Positions 62,867 through 64,000 of a stretch of 64,000 nucleotides of DNA are shown here, in pieces; the stretch's first letter is position 1, and the number at the start of each line of letters is the position of its first letter. A model generated the notes under the pieces. That model was not told the DNA's origin and searched no databases. It was given only the letters and a program-made list of their open reading frames with translations. Source of the stretch: Eledone cirrhosa (taxonomy: Eukaryota); the NCBI GenBank assembly GCA_964016885.1, contig OZ024741.1:404798001-404862000 (forward strand), given 5' to 3'. A program made the translations under genes and the position numbers.

Positions 62867-62870
<4 letters not shown>
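61619..62870 (+). mobile_element. ~1.25-kb non-coding hammerhead-bearing element in (TA)n with a two-part inverted 5' end
   Basis: 61619-61673 is the reverse complement of 62678-62732, and ~61676-61722 is the reverse complement of ~61785-61831. (TA)n flanks both sides. Confidence 0.7.
62649..62695 (+). ncRNA. Type I hammerhead motif (U4C)
   Basis: TGCT-CCGATGA-TTCCAGA cttccc TCTGGAA-GAA-ACAATTGT-C-AGCA, with a palindromic stem III and a GUC cleavage triplet. Confidence 0.75.
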
Positions 62871-62933
<63 letters not shown>

Positions 62934-63261
62934 CATATGTATATATATAGACAGCGTGGGGTATAAGAACTGTTACAAAATAAAATGCAAATAGTTCTTG
63001 AAAAAAACATTTATCTGACTTCAACAAACAGTAAGTAATATACTGTTAAACAACTGCACAACAATTTATTCTAAATGCTTTCCTCTAGCTCTCACTACCA
63101 CTCGAAGTCTTCAACCTCCATTCAAATAAAATTCAAATTGCTCGATGTGGTGACGTCAGAATCACGGTACAACAGAACCATGCTTTGTAACTCTTTCATA
63201 TCTGGACAGTTAAAGATGAAGCGCATGACAATAAATATATCTTATAAAAAAGGAAGTTAAC

Positions 63262-63450
63262 CTTCTTCTTCTTCTTCTTCTTCTTCTTCTTCTTCTTCTT
63301 CTTCTTCTTCTTCTTCTTCTTTTTCTTCACTCCCTTATTCCTGAGAGAGTCGTGAGGAGTAGAGTCCTCAACCACTCCTTCCAATAGGTTCCTCACAGAA
63401 CCAACCGTCTCCAATTGTCCCGATGGGATCCCCAAGCGAGATAAGTTTGC
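63262..63450 (-). mobile_element. RTE 3' end with (GAA)n tail
   Basis: Homologous to 40928-41045 (LGIPSGQLETV). (CTT)n at 63262-63328 on the + strand. Confidence 0.75.
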
Positions 63451-64000
63451 CAAAACCAGAAAATTAATATATCCTAGAAAACAAAAAACCATTAGTATTA
63501 AGATCAATGAACTAAACCTTCACAGAGGGTTTTGCTTTCTAACGATATTCACAAAACTGCAAACATTATTACACTGCGTGGAATACGAGACATTATTATT
63601 TAAAACATGTAAATCATGATTAATGTTAGGAATATTTAGGAATATTTATATAATGGAAACACAGGCAACAGGAGAAAATCAATCATCTATTTTAAATGAC
63701 TTCTGTTATACAAAACGTTGGATATAAACAATAGCTATAATCTTGGAATACAAGTTTCTTATACATATAGAGGTGTTTTTCTCTCCATAAAAAACAAATG
63801 CTGCTTGTAACAATAATTCTAGCGCCCGGAAATACTCATTCTCTGTTATTTTATTGTCGTTTTATCATTCTGAATCTTTACAAAGTTCCACGCTGACCAA
63901 ACAAATTTTGTTTCTATGTAAACTAAAACAAAATAACGAACAACACTTGGAACTCAAAATTGGTTTAGCAGAAATTCCCAAGGAATGTCATGTAACAAAA

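Overview
AT-rich, repeat-saturated animal genomic DNA. The SINE and LINE families and the microsatellite load suggest a coleoid cephalopod such as Octopus (inference). No host gene exon could be supported. About 24 kb (15596-39421) is one G/T-skewed satellite built on an 18-bp unit, with higher-order blocks of 504, about 3090 and 2744 bp. The long low-complexity ORFs there, and in the (GTT)n, (CTG)n and (CA/CCA)n tracts, are compositional artefacts. The rest is decayed retroelements: R4/Dong-type LINEs in (TACA)n and (TAA)n, a cluster of Tx1/L1-clade LINEs in (TATC)n, RTE fragments with (GAA)n tails, and many tRNA-derived MetaSINEs. There is also a hAT-like MITE, a non-autonomous Helitron carrying a 57-bp minisatellite, and 65-, 29- and 20-bp tandem arrays. 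The most striking signal is nine type I minimal hammerhead-ribozyme motifs from about seven unrelated short non-coding elements (Penelope-like or retrozyme-like). Most sit in (TA)n, two families carry the compensatory U3-A8 core, and several have inverted duplications whose breakpoints fall in or beside the ribozyme.
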